Origin: Eledone cirrhosa
Lineage: Eukaryota
Assembly: GCA_964016885.1 (NCBI GenBank)
Contig: OZ024741.1
Location: forward strand, 130,572,001 to 130,636,000
DNA length: 64,000 nt
Direction of reading: 5' to 3'
This document shows, one piece after another, positions 60,870 to 64,000 of this stretch. The stretch's first letter is position 1; every line of letters begins with the position of its first letter. Made by a program: the position numbers and the translations under genes. The notes beneath the pieces are model-generated. The model saw only the letters and a program-made list of their open reading frames with translations. It had not been told where the DNA came from and did not search any database.

Positions 60870-61175
60870 GCGCGGGGACATAGAAATAGTCGGGCTGGAT
60901 ACCCGATCGCACTGGGAGTGAAGAACCCCTAGCCCTTGTCAGGGCATTCTTCTAGGAGAAGGCATCTCAGGAAACTGGGTCAACTCCGACATAAAACCTG
61001 CGGCTCAGTAGTTACCGATGATGTTGATCTTTTCTTCTTTTCGAGTTATAGCTACTGTCGCTCAGAGAGTGGGATTGGCTCAGTGCACAGTCTTTCCTCA
61101 CTTTAAAAATGTTCGTCACGCACAGGCATTGCACGATTGCATTAATCAGCCCTTGTGGCCAATAATGAAATCATT
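60870..61175 (+). mobile_element. Short non-autonomous retroelement with a Tx1-like 3' terminus
   Basis: Ends agcccttgtggccaataatgaaa, like the LINE ends at about 53320 and 59030; contains ctaggagaagg, which resembles an RTE 5'-UTR motif. Confidence 0.5.
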
Positions 61176-61431
61176 AATTAATAATCATTAATAGTGTATT
61201 ATTATTATTATTATTATTGAATGCCATGGTTGACGGAGGCTCGGCTCTGTAAGGTATAGTAATTTTTAACCGTTAAAACAATTGTAAATTGTTTAAAACT
61301 TGAACCAAATTGTTGATAAAGACACCCTCCTCCTCGTGAGAGGGGTCTTTCTGTCCGTTATTTGGCCCTTCGGGGTTAAATATCCAGTTATTGGGGTTTT
61401 GTACCCAAAATTTCATTTTAAACAAAAAAAC

Positions 61432-63528
61432 ATGGCTACGAAAAAGAAATTTCATACGTCACTCCCACTCATTCCGTCTTCTTCTTCCTCAATCATCACT
61501 ACAGCAGAGAGAAGATTGTCTCTCTCCCTCCCTTCTTTAAATGTGTCTCTCTCCCTCCCTTCTCTTTCGCAAGCGACGAAAGAAAAGAAAAGTCTCGTGC
61601 AAAGCGTGCAAGGTTTCTCCACGACGACGACGACAGCGACGAAACAGGTGTGCGGGAAATACGAAAACCCAGTTCATTCGTCTGACGTCAGGAATAATAG
61701 CAGTAGCAGCCGTAATAACAACAGCAACAGTGACAATGAAAACAACAGTAGCAGCCGCAACAGCATCACCAGCAGCATAAACAACAACAGCATTAGCAGC
61801 AGCAACACCAACAACAACCACAGCAACAGCGGCGGAGGCAGTAGTCGTAGTACCTGCAGCAACAACAAAAGTACCAGCAGCTCTGACGACAACAACAACA
61901 GCAGAGAAAAACCAATCTCATTTGCAGGTATTGCGAAAAACTTGGAAACAATCCTCATAACAAATGAGGAATTAGAGGAAGCGAAGAAGATGGTGACAAA
62001 GAACGGACACCGAGCAATCTGCAAGGCAGCGAAAAATTTTTTCGAAACCCAAGAGCACTGTACGGTCACGTACCGTACAGTAAGTACAAAATCCCGTAGG
62101 GTGGAAAGAGCCACAGAGGCCCAAATACAAAAAGCCTTGGGGTCTGTGTGGCAGAGGAAAACGCACATCACCCGAGGCAAAAAATACGCCACCGTAGACG
62201 TACTTTTTGCCACACCCCAGGAGGCAAAGGCCCAATCAGTAGTGACCCTAAGGAGCGAGGAAATGGTGTTGGTGCCCTCCTACTGCGGGCAAAAAATTGT
62301 GAGGGTCAAACTGACCCACGTCCCCCCCGGAATGACCCCTTCTTGGCTGGCCGCGTCTGTCCTCGTCGGAATCGAGGACAAAACAACTGTACTGCAAGTA
62401 CAGAAAAAAGTAAGAGAAGATTGGGTCGGCTCCTCCATTGAGATGCTAATCCAAACCAACCAGGAGTGCATCGAAGCTATCCCGGATGTGATAGACTTCG
62501 ATAACGGCACTCAACTGCCCATAAGTGTTGAGGGCAAACGCCCGAAATGCTTTCGCTGTGGATCGAAGACTCACCTCAGGGCCTTCTGCAACGAGAAGAC
62601 CCTGAAAAAGGAGAAAACCCCCCTCCTTCCGAATCCGGCTCCACGGCTACCAGCAACAGGACAAGCGGCAACCAGGAACGATAGGTCCGTGGCACCCATA
62701 CCCACTCCACGGAAATCAAAGACAGCAGCAGCAGTGGAAATATTAACAACAACAACAGCAATACCAAATGCAGCTGCAACAGAGACTCCAGTGCAAACAT
62801 CACCAACAACAACAAGTGACAGAGTGGAGCTGGTACCCCTCCCCGACCTTACAGAATCAGACATGGAGTGTGAGGTGGGAGAGGGATGGCAAAAGGTCGC
62901 AAGAAGGCACAAACGCAGAAGCAGCGCATCGTCGCCTTTGAAAAGGGAGGAAAGAAATGAGAAAAGGGTAAAGTCTACTGCAAAGAGACCCACAGCAGCA
63001 ACACCACCAACACCATCACCACCCACACCAGCACCACCATCACCACCGGCGACAACCCCACCGCCAACAACACCTTCAACACCACCACCACAAGCACCAA
63101 CATCGCAAACACAACAACAAAACACACACACCCAGCAACAACGACAAGAAAATAGCAGAACCACACCCCACCCCCAGAAAAACAAATGCACGGCAATAAA
63201 CACACACAACAAGAAACTAATGACTTACATAATTGAACACACAGACATTTCACAACAGGACTACATAATACCAGCACCAATCAAAACGCCAACTAACATA
63301 AGACTGCTAAAAATAGCACAGAAACAATACACAAACATTAAAACGAAATTCCCCAACGCAGTTGGTGATTTCAGGGACCTAGGAGGAACCATTAATCGAA
63401 GAGTATATTCAGACATTCTCTTAGAAGAGGCGACGACCAGCCGAAGGGACGATTCAACGGTCCCTTCACCAGACGATCAAGTGAAAAGGGATGTAAAAAC
63501 CATCCCTCCTCTACCAAAAGTACGGTAA
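61432..63528 (+). CDS. LINE ORF1 protein (698 aa from ATG 61432): Asn/Ser-rich N-terminus, CCHC knuckle, Pro/Thr-rich tail
   Basis: ORF track 61300-63528; aacATGG context; EGKRPKCFRCGSKTHLRAFC = CX2CX4HX4C. Confidence 0.9.
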   Translation: MATKKKFHTSLPLIPSSSSSIITTAERRLSLSLPSLNVSLSLPSLSQATKEKKSLVQSVQGFSTTTTTATKQVCGKYENPVHSSDVRNNSSSSRNNNSNSDNENNSSSRNSITSSINNNSISSSNTNNNHSNSGGGSSRSTCSNNKSTSSSDDNNNSREKPISFAGIAKNLETILITNEELEEAKKMVTKNGHRAICKAAKNFFETQEHCTVTYRTVSTKSRRVERATEAQIQKALGSVWQRKTHITRGKKYATVDVLFATPQEAKAQSVVTLRSEEMVLVPSYCGQKIVRVKLTHVPPGMTPSWLAASVLVGIEDKTTVLQVQKKVREDWVGSSIEMLIQTNQECIEAIPDVIDFDNGTQLPISVEGKRPKCFRCGSKTHLRAFCNEKTLKKEKTPLLPNPAPRLPATGQAATRNDRSVAPIPTPRKSKTAAAVEILTTTTAIPNAAATETPVQTSPTTTSDRVELVPLPDLTESDMECEVGEGWQKVARRHKRRSSASSPLKREERNEKRVKSTAKRPTAATPPTPSPPTPAPPSPPATTPPPTTPSTPPPQAPTSQTQQQNTHTQQQRQENSRTTPHPQKNKCTAINTHNKKLMTYIIEHTDISQQDYIIPAPIKTPTNIRLLKIAQKQYTNIKTKFPNAVGDFRDLGGTINRRVYSDILLEEATTSRRDDSTVPSPDDQVKRDVKTIPPLPKVR

Positions 63529-63563
63529 GTGGTCTTTCCCATCTTTTCCACTCTATTTTAAAC

Positions 63564-64000
63564 ATGACCTCACTCAGAATAGGCAGCATAAATGCGCGTG
63601 GCTTGGGGTCGTCATGGAAGCAGGGTCACCTGCTCAACGACCTCAGGTCACTAAACATAGATGTAGTGGCCATCAGCGAGACCAGAATCTCCGAAGCACG
63701 GGCCTTCGCACCGATCTTCGGCGGCTACGATGTGTACGCATCTCCCAGCCGTCCTGGATCGGGTGGAGGAGTTGCTGTGCTTTTTCGGAGAGGTTTGGAT
63801 CTCGCCATACGGGCCATCTTCCTGGACCCAGAGGGTAAGCTGGTGGTGCTGGACGTGACCAGCGGAGACGGGCAAGCTTTCAGGCTAGTGGCCGTCTATG
63901 CCCCGACAGGAGCAGGGCGGCCTGATTTCTTCCGGCGTCTGGAGACCTTTCTTGGAACGTCCCGCTCTTTAGTGTTAGTGGGCGACTGGAACGGGATCTT
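63564..64000 (+). CDS. LINE ORF2 N-terminus, APE endonuclease (partial, open to the window end)
   Basis: MTSLRIGSINARGLG..DVVAISET..GGVAVL..VYAP..VGDWN; no stop by manual translation; aligns with ORF 55430. Confidence 0.92.
   Translation, partial: MTSLRIGSINARGLGSSWKQGHLLNDLRSLNIDVVAISETRISEARAFAPIFGGYDVYASPSRPGSGGGVAVLFRRGLDLAIRAIFLDPEGKLVVLDVTSGDGQAFRLVAVYAPTGAGRPDFFRRLETFLGTSRSLVLVGDWNGI

Larger units (their letters stand above)
61219..64000 (+). mobile_element. Apparently intact Tx1/L1-like LINE (continues beyond the window)
   Basis: Starts after (TTA)n; uninterrupted ORF1 and the start of ORF2. Confidence 0.92.

Noticed and set aside
60960-61025. HDV-like ribozyme in the short retroelement
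   Set aside because: Only a simple ctgggtc/ggctcag stem is seen; the nested double pseudoknot could not be built.
61537-63280. Long antisense ORFs opposite LINE ORF1
   Set aside because: Shadow frames of low-complexity AAC/AGC/CCA codons with no domain signal.

Overview
Eukaryotic, AT-rich DNA saturated with microsatellites and with no recognisable host protein-coding gene. The SINE and repeat types look like an Octopus/cephalopod genome (inference). The window is a nested transposon graveyard containing: (i) many Penelope-like elements (PLEs; RT + GIY-YIG) and their inverted or direct pseudo-LTRs, which explain most palindromes and carry about 25 type-I hammerhead ribozyme (HHR) motifs, many with variant cores or a greatly enlarged stem II; (ii) a 482-bp HHR-bearing tandem unit resembling a retrozyme; (iii) RTE-type and Tx1/L1-type LINEs, including one decayed full-length copy and one apparently intact copy running off the right edge; (iv) Helitron-like, hAT-MITE and tRNA-derived SINE remnants. 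The most striking observation concerns both 5'-complete Tx1-like LINEs. Each has a 5' mini-ORF whose stop lies inside a phase-2 GT splice donor, a similar donor at the end of ORF1, and a polypyrimidine/CAG acceptor at the start of ORF2. These signals predict spliced ORF2-only and ORF1-ORF2 fusion mRNAs. All structures were read by eye, so element boundaries are approximate.
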